Origin: Nitrospirota bacterium
Lineage (GTDB): Bacteria > Nitrospirota > Nitrospiria > Nitrospirales > Nitrospiraceae
DNA: 64,000 nt
Assembly: GCA_963701855.1 (NCBI GenBank)
Contig: CAVPBK010000006.1
Coordinates: 1,280,001 to 1,344,000 of the forward strand
Direction of reading: 5' to 3'
Shown: positions 10,764 through 20,302 of the stretch, piece by piece
How positions within the stretch are numbered: the first letter of the stretch is position 1
Layout of the letters: every line of letters begins with the position of its first letter
Program-made: the position numbers and the translations under genes
The notes under the pieces: model-generated
Database searches by the model: none
Told to the model about the DNA's origin: nothing
What the model saw: the letters and a program-made list of their open reading frames with translations, nothing else

Positions 10764-11726
10764 ATGGAAACTCCGATGCACCCAGATGAGAGATTCAGAG
10801 GGTGTCTATTAGGGCTAGCCGTCGGTGATGCCGTCGGCACGACGTTGGAGTTCCGGCTGCGAGGTACTTTCCAGCCCATCACGGACATGGTTGGTGGGGG
10901 ACCATTCCGACTTCTACCCGGTCAGTGGACCGATGATACATCAATGGCGCTCTGTCTGGCGACCAGTCTTGTCGAACGAGGCGGATTCGATCCCGTCGAT
11001 CAAATGAGCCGGTACTGTCAGTGGGCGGATCATGGCTACCTCAGCAGCACTGGAACCTGCTTCGACATTGGCACTACCGTAGTGCGCTCGCTCCGGCGTT
11101 ACCAACGTGATGGGAATCCCTATGCCGGCTCACCAGACCCAGATCTCGCAGGTAACGGGTGCATCATGCGTCTGGCTCCTATTCCGATGTACTACTTCCC
11201 TGATCTGAATGCGGTAGAGCACTTCGCGGCGAACAGCTCCCGCACCACGCATGGTGCAGAGGAGTGCATCGATGCCAGTCGTCTCTTTGCAAGAATCATT
11301 TGTCGCGCACTCCTTGGCAACTCAAAGAATGAAGTTCTCCTCGGAGATTCTGATTCGTTCGTCGCCGGGGAACGTGTGACAGCGATCGCGCGCGGATCGT
11401 ATCGGGAAAAACCAGAGGCTGAAATTGCTGGATCCGGCTATGTCGTGCAAAGCTTGGAGGCCGCGCTGTGGGTGTTCGCTCGCACGCACAGCTTTGCGGA
11501 CGCGATTCTCATGGCCGCCAACCTTGGCAACGATGCTGACACGACTGCCGCAGTGTGCGGGCAGGTCGCTGGTGCCTACTACGGCGAGTCGGAAATTCCT
11601 TCACATTGGTTGGAGCGATTGGCGCTTCGTTCGGAAATCACTCAACTGGCTACTCAGCTTGGTACCACACCAAGAAAAGCGACCCAACTTACGGATGATA
11701 CTGACATCGACACGTGCTTGTCCTAA
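10764..11726 (+). CDS. ADP-ribosylglycohydrolase (DraG/ARH family)
   Basis: GLAVGDAVG, WTDDTSM, GNGCIMRLAP, TTH, NLGNDADTTAAVCGQVAGA. Confidence 0.95.
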   Translation: METPMHPDERFRGCLLGLAVGDAVGTTLEFRLRGTFQPITDMVGGGPFRLLPGQWTDDTSMALCLATSLVERGGFDPVDQMSRYCQWADHGYLSSTGTCFDIGTTVVRSLRRYQRDGNPYAGSPDPDLAGNGCIMRLAPIPMYYFPDLNAVEHFAANSSRTTHGAEECIDASRLFARIICRALLGNSKNEVLLGDSDSFVAGERVTAIARGSYREKPEAEIAGSGYVVQSLEAALWVFARTHSFADAILMAANLGNDADTTAAVCGQVAGAYYGESEIPSHWLERLALRSEITQLATQLGTTPRKATQLTDDTDIDTCLS

Positions 11727-12026
11727 TTTCGACAGGCTATTCCTCGAATTGTGCTCATTTTGTGTTCAACGCTACCGCGCTCCAGCTCATTCCCGTCTAT
11801 TCCAAGCAGATTTCCGGTTCATGCAAACCTTGGCTGGGGCCCATTGAGATCTCTCCGAGCAGTCTGCCAAATGCTTTGCCATTTTCAGATTTGTAGGATA
11901 CCTGTATAGAACCTAGGACTGAAAGGATCGAGTATTCATACAGCGGCTACCACAAGACTGGCTGGTTATTGACCTCCCACATTTCCTGCACGTGTGAACA
12001 AAAGACAGTTTCAAGAGGAGTTTTCC

Positions 12027-12803
12027 ATGAGCGACCCTGATTTTCCTCGCCTTACCCTCCCCGAATATAGGATCCTCGTGAAGTCACTTCCCAGGCCAAC
12101 CCTTTCGCAGATGCAACAATTCGCCGTGTTCGTCTCGAATGCCCACAGCTGGTATAGAGATCTTCCGTATCTTCCCCCTGGCCTGCCCTTTTACTTCTTC
12201 CTCGATCCGGCAGCTGGAATGCAACTTGCTGTGAGCCCGCAGGATTCGGTCGATGCCATTCATCGGAGCGAAGGGGGGTTCCATTACTCCTGGCTGCCTA
12301 CCGATGAGTACCGAAATCGATTCGGCTATCTCGCCTATAGCCGAATCACAGGAACGAACTTCTCTTCTCGGTCGGACGATGGAACCTGGCTAATTAGCTC
12401 GGACGTTGGTTCGAGAATCTACGATCCTGCTTCTCACCGCTTGTTCCAGCTTCCCACACAAGTACGCAGAGTAGGCCGAGCGTTCGTCAGTGCGGTTGCC
12501 CACGCCAGCACAATCTATCATTTCTGGCTGGGGATGGTCAGGATGAATACGCCCTTGAATTGGCCCGAAGAGAGCGGAGGGATGGAGGCCGTCACAAAGA
12601 TACTCGACCGGTGTCGTGTGCTAGAGCAAGACCCCTCGCGCAAAGAATACTACCAAGGAACTCTGGATTCGGATCATATCAATCTGGGGTTCGTCGACTA
12701 TCCCCTGTATCAACTCCTTGATCCGGAGCGACAGCGTCAGCACGCAGGCATGGTATCAGCTATGAAACGGGTAATTGAACTCGTGGATAAGAGTTCCGTC
12801 TAA
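12027..12803 (+). CDS. Hypothetical protein
   Basis: GAGGAG RBS; 258-aa ORF with no recognised motif. Confidence 0.7.
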   Translation: MSDPDFPRLTLPEYRILVKSLPRPTLSQMQQFAVFVSNAHSWYRDLPYLPPGLPFYFFLDPAAGMQLAVSPQDSVDAIHRSEGGFHYSWLPTDEYRNRFGYLAYSRITGTNFSSRSDDGTWLISSDVGSRIYDPASHRLFQLPTQVRRVGRAFVSAVAHASTIYHFWLGMVRMNTPLNWPEESGGMEAVTKILDRCRVLEQDPSRKEYYQGTLDSDHINLGFVDYPLYQLLDPERQRQHAGMVSAMKRVIELVDKSSV

Positions 12804-12871
12804 CAAGATGCTGCAACTGGCACCACGCGCTTTATAGGGATAGTCTAATTTAGGCGGACGGTGAGCACGAT

Positions 12872-13096
12872 ATGAGCGCTGGCCCAGCGATCGAATACCC
12901 CCGGTTCAACTGGATCGAAAATGGCAAGGTCGCTGGTGCGCCTCATCCCGATCTGAATGAGGGGCTGCGGGCTATCGTCCCGTTCCTCCGTGGCCAAGGC
13001 ATCGGTGGTATCGTCACATTTACATATAGATCCAGACATGCGCAAGCTCCTGGATTTATAGACTCGATGCTGACAGGGAACGTTAGACCATCATAA
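12872..13096 (+). pseudogene. N-terminal fragment of a dual-specificity/protein-tyrosine phosphatase
   Basis: FNWIENGKVAGAPHP...FLRGQGIGGIVT; no HCxxGxGR catalytic loop. Confidence 0.55.
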
Positions 13097-13301
13097 TATT
13101 GCCCTCGCCCACCACCGCCCGAGGAGATAAGATGGCTTGGGTCATCAGGTGGACGATTCAACATCGTCATGACGAATTCATTATTTGTGGCGCAGCACCA
13201 CCATCGTCGGTGAAGAAGGCGAGGTTTTGAAAGAACGGGACCTCGTTGAGCGTAACGACTTCTGAGCGAAGACCTCAAACAAAAAACTCGGTTTCGCAAA
13301 G

Positions 13302-13346
13302 CCTGTCAGGACTTCTTGACAGGCTACCGAAACCCTGTGTTAAGGT
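13302..13346 (+). promoter_or_regulatory. smbP promoter with palindromic operator
   Basis: CCTGTCAGG-ACTT-CTTGACAGG overlapping TTGACA at 13316; TAAGGT 19 nt downstream. Confidence 0.55.
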
Positions 13347-13390
13347 CAGGCGTTTTCGGCAGTGAATTCTAACCCTGGAGGGAGATAAGG

Positions 13391-13735
13391 TTGATCAGAA
13401 AATTCTACCGTGGTGTCCTCATTCTGGCTGCGCTTGGAGCGTTCGTTGATGTGCCCATGGTGAACGCCCACCCGTCGCCCTTGGGTAATGTCAGGGAGGC
13501 CATCGACCACGCCAAGCAAGCGGTGGCCCATGGCAAAGAGGGGCATGCTGAGGAGCTTGTGAAACATGCGGAAACGTCGCTGGAGTTTGCGAAGATGGGA
13601 GGTAGAGGCTCGCATTTGAGCGAAGGGATTAATCATCTCAACGAAGCCATAGAACATGGCAAAGCTGGTCACGCCGACGTGGGCACCGAACACGTCGAAG
13701 CCGCCCTACAGCATTTGATGTCTGAGATCGAATGA
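13391..13735 (+). CDS. smbP: Small metal-binding protein SmbP
   Basis: Signal peptide; His every ~7 residues (HAKQAVAHGKEGHAEELVKHA...HLNEAIEHGKAGHADVGTEH). Confidence 0.88.
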   Translation: MIRKFYRGVLILAALGAFVDVPMVNAHPSPLGNVREAIDHAKQAVAHGKEGHAEELVKHAETSLEFAKMGGRGSHLSEGINHLNEAIEHGKAGHADVGTEHVEAALQHLMSEIE

Positions 13736-13949
13736 CGGACATTCTCACGAGCGCATGCAGGGGGCGGTAGAATTCCCTCTTCCTTCTCAGTCGCGGTCTG
13801 AGGGGACTGGCGTGATGGATGCGGAAACAAACAGCGGAACCTACACTCCTTTCGCGTCGTCACAGACGGCGGTTCCAGAATTGGAGCCGTCGTTCCCGTT
13901 TGGCTCTTGCAAGGGTGCCAGGCCGGATGGTACCCACGTCAATAAAAAT

Positions 13950-13978
13950 GTTCTGAAATCGTTCGCGCGCTCACCCCA
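13950..13978 (+). repeat. att-like site, copy 1
   Basis: GTTCTGAAATCGTTCGCGCGCTCACCCCA; 28/29 identical to 18342-18370; ends like the tRNA-His 3' end. Confidence 0.85.
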
Positions 13979-14076
13979 TTAAACCTTTAAGCACAGCTGC
14001 TAGAGCTGATTTTCAGCGTTCAGCGCCTCCCAAAAGTTGTAGCAGCTACAGTCGAGCTACACTTTTTGGAGGTTTT

Positions 14077-14862
14077 ATGTCTACAGTTTTTCTCCACCCC
14101 AAGCGCAAAACCTACTACCATCGTTCTGTCGTCCCTCGCAGGCTCCAGCCCTACTTCAAGGGTCGTCAACAGCTTTGGCGAAGTCTCAAGACAGAAAACA
14201 AGGACGAGGCTACACTGAAGTCCGCACAGTGGACGGCCAGAATCCAGCACCTCGTTATGACACTCAAGAAGCAGGGAGACCGTATGACCGACGAACAACG
14301 TGAAGCCTTGGTCGCGCATTGGCTGGAAGTCGAGCTGGATGAAGCTGAGGATACCCGAACCTTAAACGGTTACGCCTCTGACGACTATCAGGAAGGGGTC
14401 TGGCACGTACTATCAGACTTAGGCGACGCAGCGCATGAAGCCCTGGTCACGAATAACTGGAAGAAGGTGGAGCGTGAAGCCGATGCTCTCCTACAGGCTG
14501 CTGGGCAACACGCCCTCGATCATGAGGGGGCAGACTTCGGACGCTTGTGTCGTCGGCTCCTGGTGGCGAAGCAGGAGTACTTGCGGATCGAATCTGAGCG
14601 ATGGGAGGGAAGTGCGTCAACAACCATTCCGGTAGTGTGTGCAGAGTGGAAGCTGTGTGGCAGCAAGGCCGCGTGGCTCCATCAGACGATAAGTCAGCGA
14701 CCGGAATTGGATTGGTACTGGATCGATGACGACATGTCCGCAAAGGAACTAGAGAACAATCAACTTCCGCAGGAACGGTGTGTTCAGGTTTCACCGACAG
14801 GTGCGGGGAGGCTGGGGGAATTGCGCGAGGAGTTGGAGCGGTTGAGGAGCACACGCGCATGA
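14077..14862 (+). pseudogene. Tyrosine-integrase N-terminus (DUF6538-like) fused to a HAD C-terminal fragment
   Basis: YYHRSVVPRRLQPYFKGRQQLWRSLKT; no R-H-R-Y catalytic domain; tail WYWIDDD resembles the next gene. Confidence 0.75.
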
Positions 14863-15374
14863 ACATGAAGCCAATTCTCTTCCATGACATTGACGGAGTA
14901 ATCTTCGGGTACTACGGGCCAGCCGGACACCTCCAACTCCGACCGGGCGTCGCCGATTGGGTGCAGTGGGTACACGAACACTTCACCGTTATTTGGTTTT
15001 CTGTACGGAGGGAAACGCAAGTGCGTGAACTCATGCGAAGTCTCTGCATTGAGCAGTTTGGGACGGTACATGTCGCCCAGTGGAACAGTTACTCCGACAA
15101 AGAGCCATGGCTCGCTAAGGAGGTGCAGAAGTTGAATGGTAAGCCCTGGTTATGGATCGACGATCACATTGCCAGTCCGAGCAGGCTGGAGTTCCTGGGC
15201 CTGGCTGCGGAGAACTGTATTCGAGTGTGCCCTGAGGGGCCTGATGAATTAGTCGAGCTGAAGAAGACCCTTGAGAGTCGATTAGAACGGTTTTCGGGGT
15301 CGGAACGGTCTTCGAGCGCGCCTCGGGGCGGAGATTTCAGCGACGGCGGCTCTGCCAGCCTCGGTGAGGCTTGA
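14859..15374 (+). CDS. HAD-superfamily phosphatase (HAD_SAK/FCP1-like)
   Basis: ILFHDIDGVI, LRPG, WLWIDD; ATGA overlap with upstream stop. Confidence 0.75.
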   Translation: MNMKPILFHDIDGVIFGYYGPAGHLQLRPGVADWVQWVHEHFTVIWFSVRRETQVRELMRSLCIEQFGTVHVAQWNSYSDKEPWLAKEVQKLNGKPWLWIDDHIASPSRLEFLGLAAENCIRVCPEGPDELVELKKTLESRLERFSGSERSSSAPRGGDFSDGGSASLGEA

Positions 15375-15387
15375 CGAAGATGAATGG

Positions 15388-16563
15388 CTACCAGTCCATG
15401 TTCGCCGCATCGTCGAACTGGTGCGTCAGCCGACCCACAAATTCTGTCATTGACTCAATTGAGCTCATTGCTCGTTCATAGGTTCCATCTGCCGCTAAAG
15501 TAAGAATTATTGGAAGTGAGCTCTTCTGGATATAGAGCTCCGCTGGAGCTCGGCTACCAGACCAAAGATAAGAGACAAAATCCTCGATTACCTCTATAGC
15601 TGCATCAGCATGGAAGTCGAGGCCTTCGCCTAACCTGAACTTTCTGCTTCCAGTTCTATGAGGAAGTAACACGGGTACGGCTCCTGCCCCCGAGTGGAAT
15701 GTGAACGCCTCGCCTTCCTTGCCAAAGGCTCCGTGTGCAATATAGTTGCGAAGTTCCTTCCGAATAGCGACAAGTTTATCGTAGAACTTCTTTGCTTCCG
15801 GATCTGTCAGGGTTATGGCCGCTTTGTACTTGTCCCCCCAATCTGCCTCTGCGAGAGAAGCAACCGCTATTGCTTCGGTTAGCCCTCCGTTTAATATCGC
15901 TATATGAATGAAGGCCTGTTCTGTCCAGTTGAAGAAAGCTTCCACTGCGGCAAGGGCAAGCCACATCGCCTCCTTTTTGAGAAGGAAGGCGGGAAAGGAT
16001 ATTGACTGCCATGTACCGTATTCTGACGATCCGTTCTGGACTATCCGCTCATCTTTTCTTTCAATAGACTCCTTCGTCTTTTGCCGATAGGCGTCTAAGA
16101 AATATCTATATCGTTCAAACAAATCGGAACTGTTATTGATAACGTTAACATGTGATTGGCGAACCGCCTGTTCGGCAAGCCAGTCGAAAAACGGACGTGC
16201 CACTTTGACGGCCTTCTGAATCCGCGCTACAATTTCTTTCGCCGCGTCCTCTTCTTTTTTCGGGTTATGAGCGAAGACTCCAAGGCCAAGCTTCCGGTGT
16301 TCGATTAGGAAAGCCTGTCCGTCAAAGTCAATTGGTACCGACCAAGCCACCTTCTCAAACTTGCCTGAATGCTCGAATCTCAGTAAATCAACCAAGAGAA
16401 AGTAGACGAGGTAGTAGGGAGGAAGCGTATCCCCTGCGTCGGTGAGCTTTGCGTTGAAGTTCTTGTGTCCTCGGGTTTTTGGACCGGCAGGCTTGACAGG
16501 GCTAAGGGCTCTCCTGGCTGCGGATTGAACATCTTTCAATTTGGGAGGTAAGGCCTGCTTCAT
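15388..16563 (-). CDS. Hypothetical protein with C-terminal HEPN-like RxxxxH motif
   Basis: 391-aa ORF; E in AAVEAFF helix plus RNYIAH at 15733-15750. Confidence 0.65.
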   Translation of the reverse strand: MKQALPPKLKDVQSAARRALSPVKPAGPKTRGHKNFNAKLTDAGDTLPPYYLVYFLLVDLLRFEHSGKFEKVAWSVPIDFDGQAFLIEHRKLGLGVFAHNPKKEEDAAKEIVARIQKAVKVARPFFDWLAEQAVRQSHVNVINNSSDLFERYRYFLDAYRQKTKESIERKDERIVQNGSSEYGTWQSISFPAFLLKKEAMWLALAAVEAFFNWTEQAFIHIAILNGGLTEAIAVASLAEADWGDKYKAAITLTDPEAKKFYDKLVAIRKELRNYIAHGAFGKEGEAFTFHSGAGAVPVLLPHRTGSRKFRLGEGLDFHADAAIEVIEDFVSYLWSGSRAPAELYIQKSSLPIILTLAADGTYERAMSSIESMTEFVGRLTHQFDDAANMDW

Positions 16564-16778
16564 CGCTTTCCAGAGGTCTATAAGCGCCGGATTCTAGCCT
16601 TGTTGCTGGCCGTTCACAAGCCGATACCGACACCGCAACTCAATTGCTCCATCTCGCCTTGCGCCGTCGTTCACGCCCTCCACGAGGTAAATCTTGACAC
16701 CTTCACCACGGCGGGCCTAGGCTTGCGCCCTCGTCAACAACCTTCATAAAATGTGCATCCCTGAGAGTAAATTCCACA

Positions 16779-17216
16779 ATGAAACTCTCGCCTAAGGCAC
16801 GCAAACAAGTCGATGAGAAGGCACGCCTCAAAGGACGCCTGAGGCTTGTGCGGAAACTCCTTGTCGTGTTCGGGTTGATATTTGTGGTTTCAGTTTTCGT
16901 TGCCCAGCAATCCCCTGAAAAGCAAGCACCGGACGAGAAAGACGCGAAGCTGCGCTATGACATCTGTACAGGAAAGTTAAAACAAGCCAAGGAACTCGAT
17001 GTGCTGTCTGACCTGAATGCCAAGGGATCAAGCATCAAGGTAACTGTTGGTCCTGCGTTTTTTACTGTGCCGATTGACATTCAACAAGAGTTTGCAAGGA
17101 CCGTGAACTGCTTCTTCGTCAAGGGAGCAGACAGAGGCGTATCGTTTGATTTGATCCACTGGCAGACCGGAAAGAAGGTCGCTAGCTGGAATGGAGACCG
17201 TTTGGACGTGGACTGA
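16779..17216 (+). CDS. Hypothetical single-TM protein
   Basis: Basic N-terminus, TM LLVVFGLIFVVSVFVA, Cys pair. Confidence 0.7.
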   Translation: MKLSPKARKQVDEKARLKGRLRLVRKLLVVFGLIFVVSVFVAQQSPEKQAPDEKDAKLRYDICTGKLKQAKELDVLSDLNAKGSSIKVTVGPAFFTVPIDIQQEFARTVNCFFVKGADRGVSFDLIHWQTGKKVASWNGDRLDVD

Positions 17217-17281
17217 ATCAACTGGCCCTTGCGTCTTCGTTCGGTTCCCTTTTACAATGCGCCTCCCTGCGAGGGATTCTC

Positions 17282-17701
17282 ATGTTGCTCACTATTTTTT
17301 GGTCGGTGCTAGCCTTCATCTTCTTGAATAGTGTTCCCGCACATGCAGAGTGGCGCCCGATTACCTACGCCGCGGGCTCTGGGGGCTTTACAATCTACGT
17401 TGATCCTGCCACGGTTCTCCGTCAAGGAGACCTTGTGAAGATGTTGGTGTTGTACGACTTCAGGTTTGTACAAGCCATTAAAGGTATATCGTATTTGTCT
17501 GCCACATGGCAGCAGCAGTTCGACTGCGCAGAACATCGCTCCCGTCACCTTTCGTATAAGTATCACTCAGACAACAGGGGAAATGGTAAGGTGATGTTTG
17601 CGGGTGATGACGAAGGCAGCAAGTGGAGTCCGGTCGCACCAAAAAGCGCCGCTGCCATTCTGTGGAACATTGGATGTGACAAAGATAGACAGCCCACCTG
17701 A
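17282..17701 (+). CDS. Surface-adhesin E family exported protein
   Basis: Signal peptide AHA-EW, IYVDPATV, YLS...QFDCAE, WSPVAPKS...C. Confidence 0.75.
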   Translation: MLLTIFWSVLAFIFLNSVPAHAEWRPITYAAGSGGFTIYVDPATVLRQGDLVKMLVLYDFRFVQAIKGISYLSATWQQQFDCAEHRSRHLSYKYHSDNRGNGKVMFAGDDEGSKWSPVAPKSAAAILWNIGCDKDRQPT

Positions 17702-17799
17702 ATCTTAAGCTATCGCATCTTCAGCCAGGAGTGATTAATCTGTAGGTGGTAGATTTCTAGAGACGCACGGGCAGGCCACCGATCAGGAGGAAAGTGGGC

Positions 17800-18069
17800 A
17801 TGCGATTCAGCCACAAGGCGACAGAACCAGTAGAAGAATTTGAGGGAGATTTCTCCGAGTTCCGATGGCAGGAAATTGCTCGAAATCGCATCACCATTGG
17901 TCTTGAACTCGATAGACTGTGGAATAAATTAATGAAAGGCGAGTTCCTTCCCACTAGTCTTACAGGCTCTGAGCCTAAAACTCATTCTGAGAAGCTACGG
18001 GTCATGATGGACACGTACAAAATTGATGAGCAGGCCATAGAAGACTTTGACCTTGTTGACGCCGTGTAA
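17800..18069 (+). CDS. Hypothetical small protein
   Basis: AGGAGG RBS upstream; ~90-aa ORF. Confidence 0.5.
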   Translation: MRFSHKATEPVEEFEGDFSEFRWQEIARNRITIGLELDRLWNKLMKGEFLPTSLTGSEPKTHSEKLRVMMDTYKIDEQAIEDFDLVDAV

Positions 18070-18341
18070 GGACACGCCTCGATCAGCTTCTGTGCTGGCC
18101 TATAATAGGCCTGAGGTCCTCAAGGCGTACCTCTCCAAACTATCACTGACGTTCTGGCAGACTCTACTAACTACGCTGATTCTTACAGAGTCGCCTCCAA
18201 GAGGTTCTGTGCCTGAACGAGGGTCAGTCCGCTAAGGATGTGCGTTTCCAAGCCCCTCCTATGTGGACGCTTAAGCCCCTATGGTGGTTCTATCCAGGGA
18301 TCAATTCCAGACAGGTTAGGTCTGGTGTGCTTAACAGAAAA

Positions 18342-18370
18342 GTTCTGAAATCGTTCGCGCACTCACCCCA
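18342..18370 (+). repeat. att-like site, copy 2
   Basis: GTTCTGAAATCGTTCGCGCACTCACCCCA; last 11 nt equal the tRNA-His 3' end. Confidence 0.85.
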
Positions 18371-18607
18371 TACATTTTTCTTTATAATCAGTTTTCTTCA
18401 CGCCAGCCCTTTTCCATTCTCGAACTTTCTTTTAACATTGGGGCCAATAACCTGTCAGGAACGCCTAGCACTCGTTCGATTTTTCCCGGGTTTTGGCGTA
18501 TCCTTCCAGCTGGTTCAAAAAGAAATGATTTGACGATAGCTGCCGAGCGTTGTTTTCCAAAGGGCTACTCATCAAAATGATTCCAGGTTTAATCCTGTTT
18601 CAGTGAG

Positions 18608-18886
18608 ATGATGGCCGCCGAACAACTTGCTTCACATCTTTCTTCCGTACTCATTGTGGAAGGAAGCACCATCAATACGGTAGATATCACCGGCGTGGAA
18701 ATGCTCGAATCCCTTGCCGGAGATCTGGCCGCAAGGGGCGTTCGCTTAGGCCTTGCGAACTTAAGATGTGAAGTGTGCAACAAACTCAAAAGCGCCGGGG
18801 TAGTGGAACGCACCGGTGCCAATTCCCTCTTCCAGACTCTCAACACCACGAGCGACACCTTCCTCCATCGTGTGAGAAGATCCTAG
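18608..18886 (+). pseudogene. Isolated STAS domain (probable SulP transporter C-terminal remnant)
   Basis: INTVDITGVEML...LAARGVRLGLANL...LKSAG; no TM domain upstream. Confidence 0.65.
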
Positions 18887-19036
18887 AGGTCTGAAATGCA
18901 ATTTGATTTTCAACCGACCGACGATCGGCCTAGCATCACGACATGCCTTCCTGAAGGGGCCTGAACGGGATTGCCAGTACTTTGTGCCAACCCATAGGCT
19001 GCACATTCCCAACATTTTCCGCCTGGAACTGTTGAT

Positions 19037-20302
19037 ATGGACAATATTACAGACTTATTCGCGCTGACCAAGACAGCCATTACCAACCTGCCGTTATTAG
19101 TGCGTTTCATGATCGGGTTTACCCTCTTCCTGTTGGTTCCAGGCCTTAGCGAGCGCTTGAAGATTCCTGGCATGGTGGGCTTGATCCTGGTGGGACTGCT
19201 CGGAGGGCCGAGCGGCATCGACATCTGGCCCGACAATCCGGTGTTATTGACCGCCTTCTCAGAGGTGGGGGTGCTCTTGGTTCTGTTCTATGCCGGCCTG
19301 GAAATCGATCTCGCCGTCTTTAAGCGGGTGGGCGGACGTGCCGTCTCTTTCGGCCTGGCGACATTGCTATTGCCGCTCTCGGCCGGGGCCGGCTTGAGCT
19401 ATCTCATGGGGTATGAACTCAACGCCGCCATCCTGATTGGCTCGCTCATCGCTTCGCACACTCTGCTCGGCTTTCCGATTCTGCAAAAGCTCGGTCTGGC
19501 CGGCCGCGAACCAGTGCTGGTGACCATCAGCGGGACCATCTTCACGGACATTGTCGCGCTGCTGATCCTCGCGGTGTGCGTGCAGATCCACCACACCGGT
19601 TTCGACAAAGCCACCCTGGCGCTGGAGATCATCGAAGTGGTGGTCTACGCCGCAATCGTGCTCTTCGTGGTCAGCCGCATCGCCGGTCATGTAATGAGCA
19701 AGTATCCGGCCAACCACGACATACAGTTGCTCGCGCTGCTGCTCATCATCACCGTATGCTCGCTACTGGCCCAAGTGATTCATCTGGAGCCGATTGTCGG
19801 CGCCTTCCTCGCCGGCGCCGCAGCCAGCCGTTCGTTGCAAGGCACGAAGGCGCGCGAGCATATCGAGGTGATTGGTAATACCCTCTTCATTCCGGCCTTC
19901 TTCTTCATGATCGGCATGAGGATCAATGCCGGCGAAACTCTGCGCATGCTGTGGGACAGCCCGTTGTTCTCGGTAGGACTGCTGTTCGCCCTGTTCGGCG
20001 CAAAATTTCTGGCCGCCTGGAGTGTCGGTTGGCTATCAGGCTATTCCGTCCTCGATCGTCTCAACATGTGGTCGCTGACCCTGCCCCAGGTCGCCGCCAC
20101 CATTGCCGCCACTGTCGTCGCCCACAGGACCATTAATTCCGCCGGCGAACCACTGATCGACAAGACCGTGGTGAGCGGCATCTTCGTGCTGGTGATGCTG
20201 ACCGCCACCTTCGGGCCGATCCTGACCGGGCGTTTCAGCAATGCGATCCACCAGAGGGAGGCATCTCTCGCGGCAGAGCCGCCCCCTGAAACGGCACGAT
20301 GA
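19037..20302 (+). CDS. Cation:proton antiporter (CPA2)
   Basis: ~12 TM segments, LFYAGLEIDL, ASHTL, TD motif, GAFLAG, FIPAFF. Confidence 0.9.
   Translation: MDNITDLFALTKTAITNLPLLVRFMIGFTLFLLVPGLSERLKIPGMVGLILVGLLGGPSGIDIWPDNPVLLTAFSEVGVLLVLFYAGLEIDLAVFKRVGGRAVSFGLATLLLPLSAGAGLSYLMGYELNAAILIGSLIASHTLLGFPILQKLGLAGREPVLVTISGTIFTDIVALLILAVCVQIHHTGFDKATLALEIIEVVVYAAIVLFVVSRIAGHVMSKYPANHDIQLLALLLIITVCSLLAQVIHLEPIVGAFLAGAAASRSLQGTKAREHIEVIGNTLFIPAFFFMIGMRINAGETLRMLWDSPLFSVGLLFALFGAKFLAAWSVGWLSGYSVLDRLNMWSLTLPQVAATIAATVVAHRTINSAGEPLIDKTVVSGIFVLVMLTATFGPILTGRFSNAIHQREASLAAEPPPETAR

Larger units (their letters stand above)
7881..13978. mobile_element. Degenerate genomic island 1 integrated at tRNA-His
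   Basis: Bounded by the tRNA 3' end and an att-like copy ending CTCACCCCA at 13978; contains IS stubs and gene fragments. Confidence 0.7.
13979..18370. mobile_element. Degenerate genomic island 2 at tRNA-His
   Basis: Starts with an integrase N-terminal relic, ends in the att-like copy; AT-richer cargo. Confidence 0.75.

Noticed and set aside
10764..11726. draG nitrogenase regulation
   Set aside because: No draT or nif genes nearby; island context favours a generic ARH
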